From NCBI GenBank assembly GCA_017402445.1, contig JAFPME010000033.1:3379-67378 (forward strand): DNA of 64,000 nt, written 5' to 3'. This DNA comes from Prevotella sp. (GTDB lineage: Bacteria; Bacteroidota; Bacteroidia; Bacteroidales; Bacteroidaceae). The position numbers and the translations under genes were made by a program. Shown here piece by piece: positions 9,108 through 17,957 of the stretch. Below the pieces are notes generated by a model. That model searched no databases. It was not told where the DNA came from and saw only the letters and a list, made by a program, of their open reading frames with translations. The first letter of the stretch is position 1, and every line of letters begins with the position of its first letter.

Positions 9108-10288
9108 GCTACAAATCCATTCAGCTGAAAAAGGGGAAGGAAGAAAGCCTCAGACGCTTTCATCCATGGGTGTTTTCGGGTGCCATTGCCCGCTGCGACG
9201 ACGGCATTCAGGAAGGTGAGACCGTACGCGTGATAACCGCAGGCGGAGAACACATCGCCACGGGACACTACCAGATCGGAAGCATCGCCGTGCGCGTGCT
9301 CTCGTTCGACGAACGGCCCATCGACGAAGCGTTCTGGTACGAACGCCTGCAGGCCGCTCTCGACATGCGCATCCGCATCGGCATTGCCGACAATCCCGAC
9401 AACAACACCTACCGACTCGTACACGGAGAAGGCGACAACCTGCCCGGACTGGTCGTCGACTGCTATGGCAAGACGGCCGTCATGCAGGCACACAGCGTGG
9501 GTATGCACGTGAACCGCGAACAGATAGCCCGCCAGCTCATCCGTGTCATGGGCGCACGCATAGAGAACATCTACTACAAAAGCGAAACCACACTCCCCTT
9601 CAAGGCGTCGTTAGGACAGGAGAACGGATTCATCTGCGGTGGATGCGAAGACAACACAGCCGTGGAAAACGGACTCCGCTTCCACGTGGACTGGCTTCGG
9701 GGACAGAAGACGGGCTTCTTTGTCGACCAGCGTGAAAACCGCTCCCTGTTAGAGAAGTATGCGAAAGACAAGACCGTGCTCAACATGTTCTGCTACACGG
9801 GGGGATTCTCCTTCTATGCCATGCGCGGAGGGGCAAAGCTCGTACACTCCGTCGACAGCAGCGCAAAAGCCATCGAACTGACCAACGCCAACGTGGCGCT
9901 CAATTTCCCGAACGATACGCGACACGAAGCATTCTGCGAAGACGCATTCAAGTTTCTCGATGCGGCCGACGACAAGTATGACCTCATCATCCTCGACCCA
10001 CCGGCCTTCGCCAAGCACCGATCGGCACTGCACAACGCACTGAAGGGCTACACGCGGCTCAACGTGAAAGCCTTCGAGCGCATACGCCACGGCGGCATCC
10101 TCTTCACCTTCAGTTGTTCGCAGGTGGTGACGAAGGACAATTTCCGCAACGCCGTCTTCACGGCAGCCGCACAGAGCGGGCGCAACGTACGCATACTTCA
10201 TCAGCTTCACCAGCCCGCAGATCACCCCATCAACATCTATCACCCCGAAGGAGAATACCTGAAAGGACTGGTTCTTTATGTCGAATAG
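9104..10288 (+). CDS. rlmI: 23S rRNA m5C methyltransferase, RlmI family
   Basis: PUA-like N-terminus HPWVFSG, GQKTGFFVDQRENR, LNMFCYTGGF, DPPAF, FSCS; ATGA overlap with the upstream stop. Confidence 0.88.
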   Translation: MSYKSIQLKKGKEESLRRFHPWVFSGAIARCDDGIQEGETVRVITAGGEHIATGHYQIGSIAVRVLSFDERPIDEAFWYERLQAALDMRIRIGIADNPDNNTYRLVHGEGDNLPGLVVDCYGKTAVMQAHSVGMHVNREQIARQLIRVMGARIENIYYKSETTLPFKASLGQENGFICGGCEDNTAVENGLRFHVDWLRGQKTGFFVDQRENRSLLEKYAKDKTVLNMFCYTGGFSFYAMRGGAKLVHSVDSSAKAIELTNANVALNFPNDTRHEAFCEDAFKFLDAADDKYDLIILDPPAFAKHRSALHNALKGYTRLNVKAFERIRHGGILFTFSCSQVVTKDNFRNAVFTAAAQSGRNVRILHQLHQPADHPINIYHPEGEYLKGLVLYVE

Positions 10289-11630
10289 AGACATCGTACG
10301 ACGCGTCGGGGCATTCATCGACCGATACCACCTGCTGAAAGACGGCGCCCTCTGTCTTTCGGCCTTGTCGGGTGGAGCTGACAGCGTCGCATTGTTACTC
10401 ATACTGAAGCAGTTAGGCTATCGTGTTGAAGCTGTTCACTGTAACTTTCAGCTCCGAGGAGACGAAGCTGAAAGAGACGAACAGTTCTGCGTGGAACTCT
10501 GCCAAAGCCTGGGCGTCAAACTGCACCGCATCCATTTCGACACACAAGCATACGCTTCGCTGCACAAGATGAGCATCGAAATGGCAGCGCGCGAACTTCG
10601 CTACACTTTCTTTGCCAAGCTGAAGGAGGACATCCACGCCGAAGCCGTTTGCGTGGGACACCATCAGGACGACTCGGTAGAGACCATTCTGATCAACCTC
10701 GTCAGAGGAACAGGACTACAGGGGCTCACAGGCATAGACCCTGAGAGAGACGGTATCGTCAGACCCCTGCTCTGCCTGACACGACAGGACATCCTCGACT
10801 TCCTCAACGAACGGAAACAGCCGTTTGTCACCGACAGCACAAATCTGGTTGCCACCGAGGCGACACGCAACATGATACGGCTTGAGGTGATGCCCAGACT
10901 ACTGCAGATCAACCCTGCCGCCGGACATAACATCCTCCGGACGGCGCTTCACCTGCGTCAGGCTGCCGCTGTCGTCGACGCTGCCATGCGCGATGCCGTA
11001 CAGACGGTGTCCGAACAACGGGGCGACTGCACGGACATCAGCATCGGACAATTGCTCAGACAACCGTCTCCGCCTTACACCTTATATTATATATTAAGAG
11101 ACTTCGGCTTCTCATCCACACAAGTGGACAGCATCGCTGCGAGACTGGATGCGGAAACAGGCACCACGTTCACGTCGGCGACACACATTCTCGTCTTCGA
11201 CCGCAACCACCTACTGATTGAACCGATCTCCCCCACCCCTCTCCGGAGGCTGCGGGTCCCCGAAGAAGGAATCTACGTCTACGACGACTCGCGGAAGTTC
11301 GCCTTCAAAAAGTCCGTACGAACACCCGATTTTTCCATTCCCGACAATCGCGCCACCGCCTGGCTTGACGCGCAAAAAGTCTGCTTCCCCATCACCATTA
11401 CGCCCTACGCCACCGGCGACCGCTTCCATCCGCTCGGCATGAACGGCTCGCGGCTGGTCAGCGACTTCCTCACCGACCGTAAGCTATCGCTGTTGGAGAA
11501 ACGTCGCCAGCTCATCATGAAAGACGCCACGGGCGCCGTCATCTGGGTCGTGGGCGAACGCATCGACCACCGCTTTCGCATCACGGAGTCCACCAAGGAC
11601 CTGTTGCACATCTCACAACACCTCGCTTAG
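10278..11630 (+). CDS. tilS: tRNA(Ile)-lysidine synthetase
   Basis: SGGADS PP-loop, ARELRY, GHHQDDSVET, RPLL, DSTN, C-terminal TilS domain. Confidence 0.95.
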   Translation: MSNRDIVRRVGAFIDRYHLLKDGALCLSALSGGADSVALLLILKQLGYRVEAVHCNFQLRGDEAERDEQFCVELCQSLGVKLHRIHFDTQAYASLHKMSIEMAARELRYTFFAKLKEDIHAEAVCVGHHQDDSVETILINLVRGTGLQGLTGIDPERDGIVRPLLCLTRQDILDFLNERKQPFVTDSTNLVATEATRNMIRLEVMPRLLQINPAAGHNILRTALHLRQAAAVVDAAMRDAVQTVSEQRGDCTDISIGQLLRQPSPPYTLYYILRDFGFSSTQVDSIAARLDAETGTTFTSATHILVFDRNHLLIEPISPTPLRRLRVPEEGIYVYDDSRKFAFKKSVRTPDFSIPDNRATAWLDAQKVCFPITITPYATGDRFHPLGMNGSRLVSDFLTDRKLSLLEKRRQLIMKDATGAVIWVVGERIDHRFRITESTKDLLHISQHLA

Positions 11631-11800
11631 GCCCTCAAGAGCATCTGTATTTTTCTGTGAACGTGAGTTCGACGTAAGAAAAGTAACAGAACAGATGTCG
11701 GAGTGAAACTCTTTACTTGTGCCTATATAGGCAATCATCTAATAGATACAAATATTACTTTTTGGGGGAAACTGGCGCAGCAACAGGAAACAATGCCGTG

Positions 11801-12174
11801 ATTGTAAATATTTCATACCGAAAAAACGGGTACACATTTTTTTCATTCTACGAAGACGGAAGCGGTCGTTTTGATGAAAGAATCGGACAAAACATGAAGA
11901 TTTTTCTTTTCGTTTTTCAAAATGAGCCTTTTTACGATGCAAAACGGCTCGTTCTGTCGCGCGAAATGATTCATTCTGTCGAGCAAAACGGGCCATTTTC
12001 AAATGCAAAATGAATCATTCTGAAAGCTCGGAAAATGTAAAGAAAACACAAGTCGCTTGCTCCCAGCGTCTTATAACTATCTCATATTTCGCGCGTACGC
12101 GTCCGTCGGCTTTTTATTTTGGAAAGATGGCCTGCATTTCGTATAATAAATGTTATTTTGTAAGCATAATTCAG
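11801..12174 (+). repeat. Dispersed ~375-bp composite repeat, copy A
   Basis: Five 17-bp palindromic boxes starting at 11918, 11940, 11962, 11984, 12006, then AATGTAAAGAAAACACAAG...CTCATATTTCGCGCGTACGCG.CCGTCGG. Homologous to copies B-D. Ends approximate. Confidence 0.9.
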
Positions 12175-12284
12175 CGCTTACACTACCATCATCTACAGAG
12201 AGTGGGAAAGCCAAGTTTTTACACCACTTTCTTATTCCGAACCGGCGTTCTGCTGCTGTTCCACGCAAGGAGCAGGCTGGACGG

Positions 12285-13247
12285 TCAGGCAAACGGGACT
12301 ACCACCCGCTGCCGACCGAACATCAACGGGGAGACACGGCAACGGTCGAGCAGCCAGCCGACAGCGATGCTACCTGTCAGGCAGACAGCGAGCGAGACGA
12401 CAAGGAAAAGCATTGCCGACGCATCGAAGGACAACAGGGGCACCAGCGGCTTGCACAGAATGGTGAAAATGGGAGAAAACAAGAAGACAATCAGAGTGTT
12501 CCTGCCGAGAAACAACATGCCCCGGCGCACCGCCCCAGGCACAAAAGGATAGACAGCCAGCAGAAGACTCATCACAAGATAAACTATCAAGACGCTGCCC
12601 ACCGTGTAGGGCTGTACGTTCGACGGGTGTACCACAAGGAGCAAAAGAGCAGGCAACGACAACCACGACGCCCGGAAGACGCTGAGAAAAGGCAACCCAC
12701 TGTGGCGCACGACGGCCCCGGCCAGGAAATAGAGCGACAGGTCAAGTGAGACCAGCCCCACATAGGCGTAGAAAGCGAAGGCCAACCCCATGACAATCCA
12801 GCGTGACAGTAACGACAGACGCTTCAGCCGGAACACTCCAAAGTACGTCAGACCGCACAGGATGAGCGTATGCAAGTACCAATAGGGCCCCAACGGACTG
12901 ACAAAAAGCTTGTCGAGAAACACCAGCGGCGTCAGCTGGTCAATGTGTTCGCGTATGGGCAGCACCGATGCCATCAGCGTGTACCCGCTCTCCATGACCA
13001 AATAGGGCACGAGAAACCAGAAGATGGTGCGCAGAAACGGACGGACATCCTTCTCCACCTTCATCAGAAAGCCAGAAAGAATGAGGAAAACAGGCATGTG
13101 GAACGTATAGACCACCTGCTTGGCGTAAGGATAGGTGTCACTGATATGTACCAAATGGAAGCTGACCATGAGCACCACCATGACGCACTTCAGGTAATCC
13201 AGTTCGTCAAGACGACCTCTCCCTGTGGTCTGTAACTGTTCTGCCAT
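12285..13247 (-). CDS. Acyltransferase family 3 membrane protein
   Basis: RLDELDYLK...H, YTFHMPVFLILSG, PYWYL, LGRNTLIVFL; about 10 TM segments. Confidence 0.88.
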   Translation of the reverse strand: MAEQLQTTGRGRLDELDYLKCVMVVLMVSFHLVHISDTYPYAKQVVYTFHMPVFLILSGFLMKVEKDVRPFLRTIFWFLVPYLVMESGYTLMASVLPIREHIDQLTPLVFLDKLFVSPLGPYWYLHTLILCGLTYFGVFRLKRLSLLSRWIVMGLAFAFYAYVGLVSLDLSLYFLAGAVVRHSGLPFLSVFRASWLSLPALLLLVVHPSNVQPYTVGSVLIVYLVMSLLLAVYPFVPGAVRRGMLFLGRNTLIVFLFSPIFTILCKPLVPLLSFDASAMLFLVVSLAVCLTGSIAVGWLLDRCRVSPLMFGRQRVVVPFA

Positions 13248-13296
13248 AGGCTGTGAAAAGTATGATTGATTGTCGGACGACAGTGATTTTCTCGAA

Positions 13297-13340
13297 CAAA
13301 AAAAAAGAGAGAACTACACTGCTGCAGCTCTCTCTCTTCT
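13297..13340 (-). terminator. Intrinsic terminator of tRNA-Lys
   Basis: Minus-strand AGAGAGAGCTGCA-GCAG-TGTAGTTCTCTCT followed by a T run. Confidence 0.75.
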
Positions 13341-13341
13341 G

Positions 13342-13414
13342 TACGCCTGCAGGGGTTCGAACCCTGGACACCCTGATTAAGAGTCAGGTGCTCTACCAAC
13401 TGAGCTACAAGCGC
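13342..13414 (-). tRNA. tRNA-Lys (anticodon CTT)
   Basis: GCGCTTGTAGCTCAGTTGGTAGAGCACCTGACTCTTAATCAGGGTGTCCAGGGTTCGAACCCCTGCAGGCGTA; cloverleaf folds, 73 nt, CCA not encoded; upstream TTTG...TACCTTTG promoter. Confidence 0.97.
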
Positions 13415-13568
13415 ATTTTCTCTGCAATCAGGCATCGTTCCCGAATTGCGGTTGCAAAGGTACGTACTTTTCACGTAACCGCCAAACTTTTCTGCGTTTT
13501 TTTTCTTCAAAACCGCATTTTTGGCCCCGTTTTGGCCGATAATTGATTTAAATCAACCCTCAGGATTG

Positions 13569-14447
13569 TCATTTCAGCCTCACCACGCGTATGCCAGGCA
13601 TTGTTTTGTGGCGGAAAAGATACTCCTGAAGCGTCATCGGCTCTTCCACCACACGCTTGTGTATGCTCGAAGCGTTCAGCAAGTGCACACCGTCGTCGTG
13701 CCAGACGGCGATGCCGATATGCTGTGTATCGAGCCCGTCGATGTTGGTGATGATGGCGATGATGTCGCCGTCGTGCACGGCTTCGCGCACCTCGGGCGTG
13801 TTCGTCAGCGCATTCTTAGGGATGTAGCGGTAGCTCCTGCCCTCGATGGCCTGCTCCTGACGCCTGATGCCGGGCACATCCTTCGGATTGGCAGCCAGCA
13901 TACGATACTTGGAAACGTTGCGGGTCATGTAGTTCACATGGATGTTCTGAACGGCGGAAAAAGGCGGATTCGGGCCCTGCACCTCTTCGCAAAAGCTCAT
14001 GGCCGTGTTGTCTTCAATCCAAGACGTGAAGTAGTGAAGACGGTGAACGTACGCCGGCGAATGGCCTTGCTCGTAGCGCAGCTTCTGAAGAATGTGGCAG
14101 TAGGCCTCGAACGAGGACAGGCTGTCCTTCATGCAGAGCGTCAGGGCCGTCACCGTCTCTGTGTACGTGGTGCAGTCCATCTGCCGCAGGTTCACGATGA
14201 GTCTCTCCTTGTCGAAGGGCTCGAGCGTATGGGCAACGTAGGGAATATTCAGATCCTTGATTTCGCGGGCGAAATAGACCATCATGTCGCCCCGGCTGGC
14301 CTTCCCCGCCGTCTCGCGCGCCGCCTTCTGCAGCAGTGTCACCACCCGCAGACTGTCTTCTGTAGTGTATTCCACACGCTGGGCATTGGCCGGAATGCCC
14401 AGCAGAAAGGTTCCGAAGAACAGGAACAATAGTTCTTTCAGCTTCAT
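13569..14447 (-). CDS. DUF1460 / AmiA-like NlpC/P60 amidase, exported
   Basis: Signal peptide MKLKELLFLFFGTFLLGIPANA, E-L-VNL--MDCTTY (catalytic Cys), RLHYFT, GLD--HIGIA, LLNASS. Confidence 0.82.
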   Translation of the reverse strand: MKLKELLFLFFGTFLLGIPANAQRVEYTTEDSLRVVTLLQKAARETAGKASRGDMMVYFAREIKDLNIPYVAHTLEPFDKERLIVNLRQMDCTTYTETVTALTLCMKDSLSSFEAYCHILQKLRYEQGHSPAYVHRLHYFTSWIEDNTAMSFCEEVQGPNPPFSAVQNIHVNYMTRNVSKYRMLAANPKDVPGIRRQEQAIEGRSYRYIPKNALTNTPEVREAVHDGDIIAIITNIDGLDTQHIGIAVWHDDGVHLLNASSIHKRVVEEPMTLQEYLFRHKTMPGIRVVRLK

Positions 14448-14460
14448 TATTCTTGATACT

Positions 14461-15618
14461 TTATTCTTTTTTACGTCCGAAATTGAATCCAACATAGAAA
14501 TTCAGCGTGCCGAAGAAGTTGTTAGCAGAGAGTTGCCGCTTCTTGTAGGTGTACGCATGCAGGATGGCATTCATGCCCGCATACCACTTTGTGTCGTTCC
14601 ACACAATGGCAAAACGGCCGATGCCGTCGACCGACAGATTGCGGAACGAGAAGTCGGTCAGCAGCGTACGTTCGTCCTTGCGGAGCGCTCCCGACGAACG
14701 CTTGTAGCCCAAAGCCAGCGAGAGCGAGCCTGCCACGAGCCAGTTGCGCGCCGGAACCCAGTTGTAGGCATAGCCGCCAGACAGGGAGATGTCGGTGTAC
14801 TTCACCTTGTCAAAGCTCAGACTGCTGTCCACGACAATCACGTCATCGTCGCCGTGCAGCTCAGGCACGTTCTCGCGCACCACTTGTTCAAGGCGTTTGT
14901 AGTCCAAATGGATGCTGTGACGGGTGAAGCCGATGCCTGCCAAGGCCGAGCCGCAGCTCTTACGCTGTACGGTGCTTTGGCTGAATGCTGCCGGATAGGA
15001 AAATTTCTGATGATTGAAGATGTAGTGGATGTTCACACCTGTGATGCCGACGTTCAGTCCGTCGAACGCGACGTGGTCCAGACGACGACGCCCGATGCCC
15101 CGCAGGTCGATCTCTCGGATGTAGTAATCGTTTCCCGTCTTTCGGTAATACAAGTCTAAGCTGAGCAGATTGCTGTAAATGCTCAGGTCGAACTCTGTCT
15201 TCTTGCTCTCGTTCGAGAGGTGCCTCACGTCGAAAGTGTAGCCCAGGAAAAGCCAACGCCAGCCGAAATAAGGGCCCACACGATACGTCGGCCTTGGCGC
15301 AAACCTGATGGATTGCCCCGCCTCGGAGCGCAGGCTGTAGATTTCGTAGGTGTTGGTGTTCTGCAACATCACCGCGAAATTATAGTGCTGAGGTTCGATG
15401 TAAGTCGTGTCGATGTCGTTGAACTTGCGCAGCTCGCCCTGAAAGAACTCCACCGTGCGCTGCTGAACGGCGGCAGGGAATCCGGTTCGAGGGTTCGCCA
15501 CGGTGTCGGACGAGAGAAACGGTCCGGAAGAATCTTTCCCTTCGGACGACAAATCCTGTGCGACAATGCCAACAAGAGCCGCAAACAGCAAGGTCACTAT
15601 CGAACAAAATCTTTTCAA
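14461..15618 (-). CDS. DUF4421-like outer-membrane beta-barrel protein
   Basis: Signal peptide, DTTYIEPQHYNF, GPYFGWRWLFLGY, FSYPAAFSQSTVQRKSCGS, C-terminal YVGFNF; TTG start overlaps the upstream TGA. Confidence 0.75.
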   Translation of the reverse strand: MKRFCSIVTLLFAALVGIVAQDLSSEGKDSSGPFLSSDTVANPRTGFPAAVQQRTVEFFQGELRKFNDIDTTYIEPQHYNFAVMLQNTNTYEIYSLRSEAGQSIRFAPRPTYRVGPYFGWRWLFLGYTFDVRHLSNESKKTEFDLSIYSNLLSLDLYYRKTGNDYYIREIDLRGIGRRRLDHVAFDGLNVGITGVNIHYIFNHQKFSYPAAFSQSTVQRKSCGSALAGIGFTRHSIHLDYKRLEQVVRENVPELHGDDDVIVVDSSLSFDKVKYTDISLSGGYAYNWVPARNWLVAGSLSLALGYKRSSGALRKDERTLLTDFSFRNLSVDGIGRFAIVWNDTKWYAGMNAILHAYTYKKRQLSANNFFGTLNFYVGFNFGRKKE

Positions 15619-16598
15619 AACTTACCTAAAATTCTGTCCATCACCCAGTTGACGGGCGTTGCACTGGCACTTGTCGCCGTGCAGAGGCCGAAGCCTTGCA
15701 GGTCTTCTATCACCGTTCGGATGATGGGAAGCTGCACATAGGAGGGGTTGGCGACCGTGATGCGCTGCTCGCCGTCGCTGGTCAGCAAGCGGATGGGCTC
15801 GTAGTTGAACACAGAGAACGACAGCGTCCCCTGCTCGCCGAGAATGCTGATGCGGTCCTCGCGCGCCGATTCATGCCCCACGAAGCACCACGAACCACTG
15901 CCGGGCAGTCCGTTCTCGAAACGGAAACAGGCACTGACACTGTCCTCGGCTTCATAGAGTCCGCCCCGGTTGGCGCAGATGCCGTCGGCTTCGGTGATCA
16001 CGCCGAAAATGTCCTGCAGCAAATCCAGCTGGTGAGGAGCCAGATCGTAGAAATAGCCACCGCCCGAAATCTCGGGTTGCAGTCGCCAGGGAAGGGTGCC
16101 GTCGCGTCCGTAGTCCTGCTCGCGTGGAGGCGTAGAGAAGCGTATCTGCACGTTGACAATCTTTCCGAGCGTACCGTCCCTGACGATTTTCTTCACCCTC
16201 TGGAAGTAAGGCAGGTAGCGACGATAGTAGGCAACAAAGCACGGAACACCCGTCTCAAGGCTGACACGGTTGATGCGCGCGCAGTCGTCGTAGCTCGCCG
16301 CCAGCGGTTTCTCCACATAGACCGGCTTGCCTGCACGCAAGGCCATGATGGCGTACGTGGCGTGCGTGGCGGGCGGCGTGGCCACATAGATGGCATTCAC
16401 GTCGCTGTCGTCAATCAGTTCCTGCGCATCGGTGTACCACTTCGGCACGCCATGACGCTCGGCGTAGCCCCTTGCTCTTTTCTCGGTTCGGCTCATAACG
16501 GCCACAACATCCGACCCGGCTACGTCGTTGAATGCCGGTCCAGACTTCAATTCGGCCACTTCACCGCAGCCGATAAATCCCCAATGAATCAGTTTCAT
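15615..16598 (-). CDS. Gfo/Idh/MocA family oxidoreductase
   Basis: WGFIGCG Rossmann motif, YVATPP, VYVEKP, SGGGYFYDLAPH. Confidence 0.92.
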   Translation of the reverse strand: MKLIHWGFIGCGEVAELKSGPAFNDVAGSDVVAVMSRTEKRARGYAERHGVPKWYTDAQELIDDSDVNAIYVATPPATHATYAIMALRAGKPVYVEKPLAASYDDCARINRVSLETGVPCFVAYYRRYLPYFQRVKKIVRDGTLGKIVNVQIRFSTPPREQDYGRDGTLPWRLQPEISGGGYFYDLAPHQLDLLQDIFGVITEADGICANRGGLYEAEDSVSACFRFENGLPGSGSWCFVGHESAREDRISILGEQGTLSFSVFNYEPIRLLTSDGEQRITVANPSYVQLPIIRTVIEDLQGFGLCTATSASATPVNWVMDRILGKF

Positions 16599-16892
16599 GT
16601 CTGCAAAAATACAAAAAAATCCTGATTCCACTACTTCCCTGCTCAAGAAATTGCTGTTTCAGGTTAAGGAATTGTGTGGATGGAATGCAACAGCCGCCAT
16701 TATGAACTGTCCAAACAGCTGTAATTAGAAGCCAGAAAAGCATCAGGAATTTTCGTGTCATAATAATTAGATTTAAACCAATCCTCAATAACGAATTGAC
16801 AAAAAAATATAACGCTGAAAGCTCTTCTCGCTTTTTATAGTATAGAAATGTCGTATGTTTGACGAAAAACATATACATTTGCACTCGTTATA

Positions 16893-17003
16893 ATGAAGAA
16901 AAAAAATCCGAAACGCATGAAGGACACTGTCAACACCATCGCTCAGAGACTGCGCGAAGGCCGATTCCGGTCCTTCGGAATACCATTTCCGGCCTCCTTG
17001 TGA
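16893..17003 (+). CDS. Candidate 36-aa small protein (MKKKNPKRMKDTVNTIAQRLREGRFRSFGIPFPASL)
   Basis: Starts 11 nt after a TACATTTG -7 box (16874-16881) and ends 30 nt before the next gene; below the ORF-track cutoff. Confidence 0.35.
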   Translation: MKKKNPKRMKDTVNTIAQRLREGRFRSFGIPFPASL

Positions 17004-17033
17004 TCAACATAACACCCAAATAAAGAGAAAGAT

Positions 17034-17408
17034 ATGGAAAAGAAGAGAACAACACCCGAATACATCGACGCATTGGCTCCGGGAGAAATTTTTGTTTTCG
17101 GCAGCAACCTGAAAGGCAGGCACGCCGGCGGGGCCGCCTATGCTGCCTACCGGAAGTTTGGCGCCGTCATGGGACAGGGCGTAGGACTGCAGGGAAAGAG
17201 CTATGCCATACCGACCATGCAAGGCGGCGTGGAGACCATCCGGCCTTACGTGGACGAGTTCATCGACTTTGCCCGGTCGCATCCCGAGCTGACTTTCCTC
17301 GTTACAAGGATAGGCTGCGGCATAGCAGGGTTCACCGACGACGAGATTGCGCCCCTGTTCAAGAACGCACACGACGCTGAGAACATCGTCCTCCCGGAGG
17401 GTTGGTAG
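17034..17408 (+). CDS. Conserved hypothetical protein (FVFGSN..G.HxGGAA family, shared with phages)
   Basis: EIFVFGSNLKGRHAGGAA, SYAIPT, FLVTRIGCGIAG; the last resembles the macrodomain IGxGxxG loop. Confidence 0.8.
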   Translation: MEKKRTTPEYIDALAPGEIFVFGSNLKGRHAGGAAYAAYRKFGAVMGQGVGLQGKSYAIPTMQGGVETIRPYVDEFIDFARSHPELTFLVTRIGCGIAGFTDDEIAPLFKNAHDAENIVLPEGW

Positions 17409-17410
17409 AA

Positions 17411-17501
17411 CGCAAACGTTAACAGCTCGAAGTGCGCAAACGTTAACGATAAGAAATGTCGGTACAGATATGACAACGAGACGAAAATCGTTGTACCTTT
17501 G
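17411..17501 (+). promoter_or_regulatory. Tandem LacI-type operator-like sites and promoter -7 box
   Basis: CGCAAACGTTAAC at 17411-17423 and 17435-17447; TACCTTTG at 17494-17501. Confidence 0.55.
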
Positions 17502-17541
17502 CAGCACATTTATTACGAACTACTTTAAAAAACAATTAATC

Positions 17542-17787
17542 ATGGCAAAGACATTTATAATCGGTGATCGCGTGAAAGACGAATGGATTTCTGTTCTTGA
17601 CACGGAGAAAAAGAAACTGGAGTTTACCAACCATCTGGCAAGTGCAAAGGAGTATAACAACGAAGGAACTGCCAGCACCGACCTGAAAGAACTGCAGAAG
17701 ACGGGCTATTTCGGCGACCTGATGGTTTACATGAAGGAAGAGGGAAAGGCTTACAAGGCAGGTGAACGCGACTCGTTCCACGCCTGA
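17542..17787 (+). CDS. Small hypothetical protein, 81 aa
   Basis: MAKTFIIGDRVKDEWISV...; own promoter, A/T-rich leader typical of Bacteroidetes, followed by a terminator. Confidence 0.75.
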   Translation: MAKTFIIGDRVKDEWISVLDTEKKKLEFTNHLASAKEYNNEGTASTDLKELQKTGYFGDLMVYMKEEGKAYKAGERDSFHA

Positions 17788-17898
17788 CAAGCGCAGCATC
17801 TTCCTGTAAATCAGCTGAAAAGGAGCCTGAAATTAAGTGCCTCTTTCCTTTCAGACTGTTCGGGAAGTCATCCTGTACTTGAGCTTTTCCGACTGAAG

Positions 17899-17933
17899 AA
17901 AAAAAAATCCCAACCGAATCGGCTGGGATTTTT
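17899..17933. terminator. Bidirectional intrinsic terminator
   Basis: AAAAATCCCAACCGA-A-TCGGCTGGGATTTTT between convergent genes. Confidence 0.8.
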
Positions 17934-17957
17934 CTTTGCTATACTGCTTTCGCCCGA

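Noticed and set aside
11918-12022. 22-bp periodic palindrome arrays as CRISPR arrays
   Set aside because: Spacers are only 5 bp, repeats are degenerate, unit number is fixed at five and no cas genes are present.
11717-12552. ORFs crossing the repeat copies (QNGPF/KMARF peptides; also near 32.3-32.7, 45.7-46.2 and 61.4-62.1 kb)
   Set aside because: A 22-bp period is not a multiple of three, and starts, stops and frames differ between copies; these are translations of non-coding repeats.
13250-13414. Genomic island integrated at tRNA-Lys
   Set aside because: The tRNA is followed directly by its terminator; I saw no integrase or duplicated 3' tRNA end.
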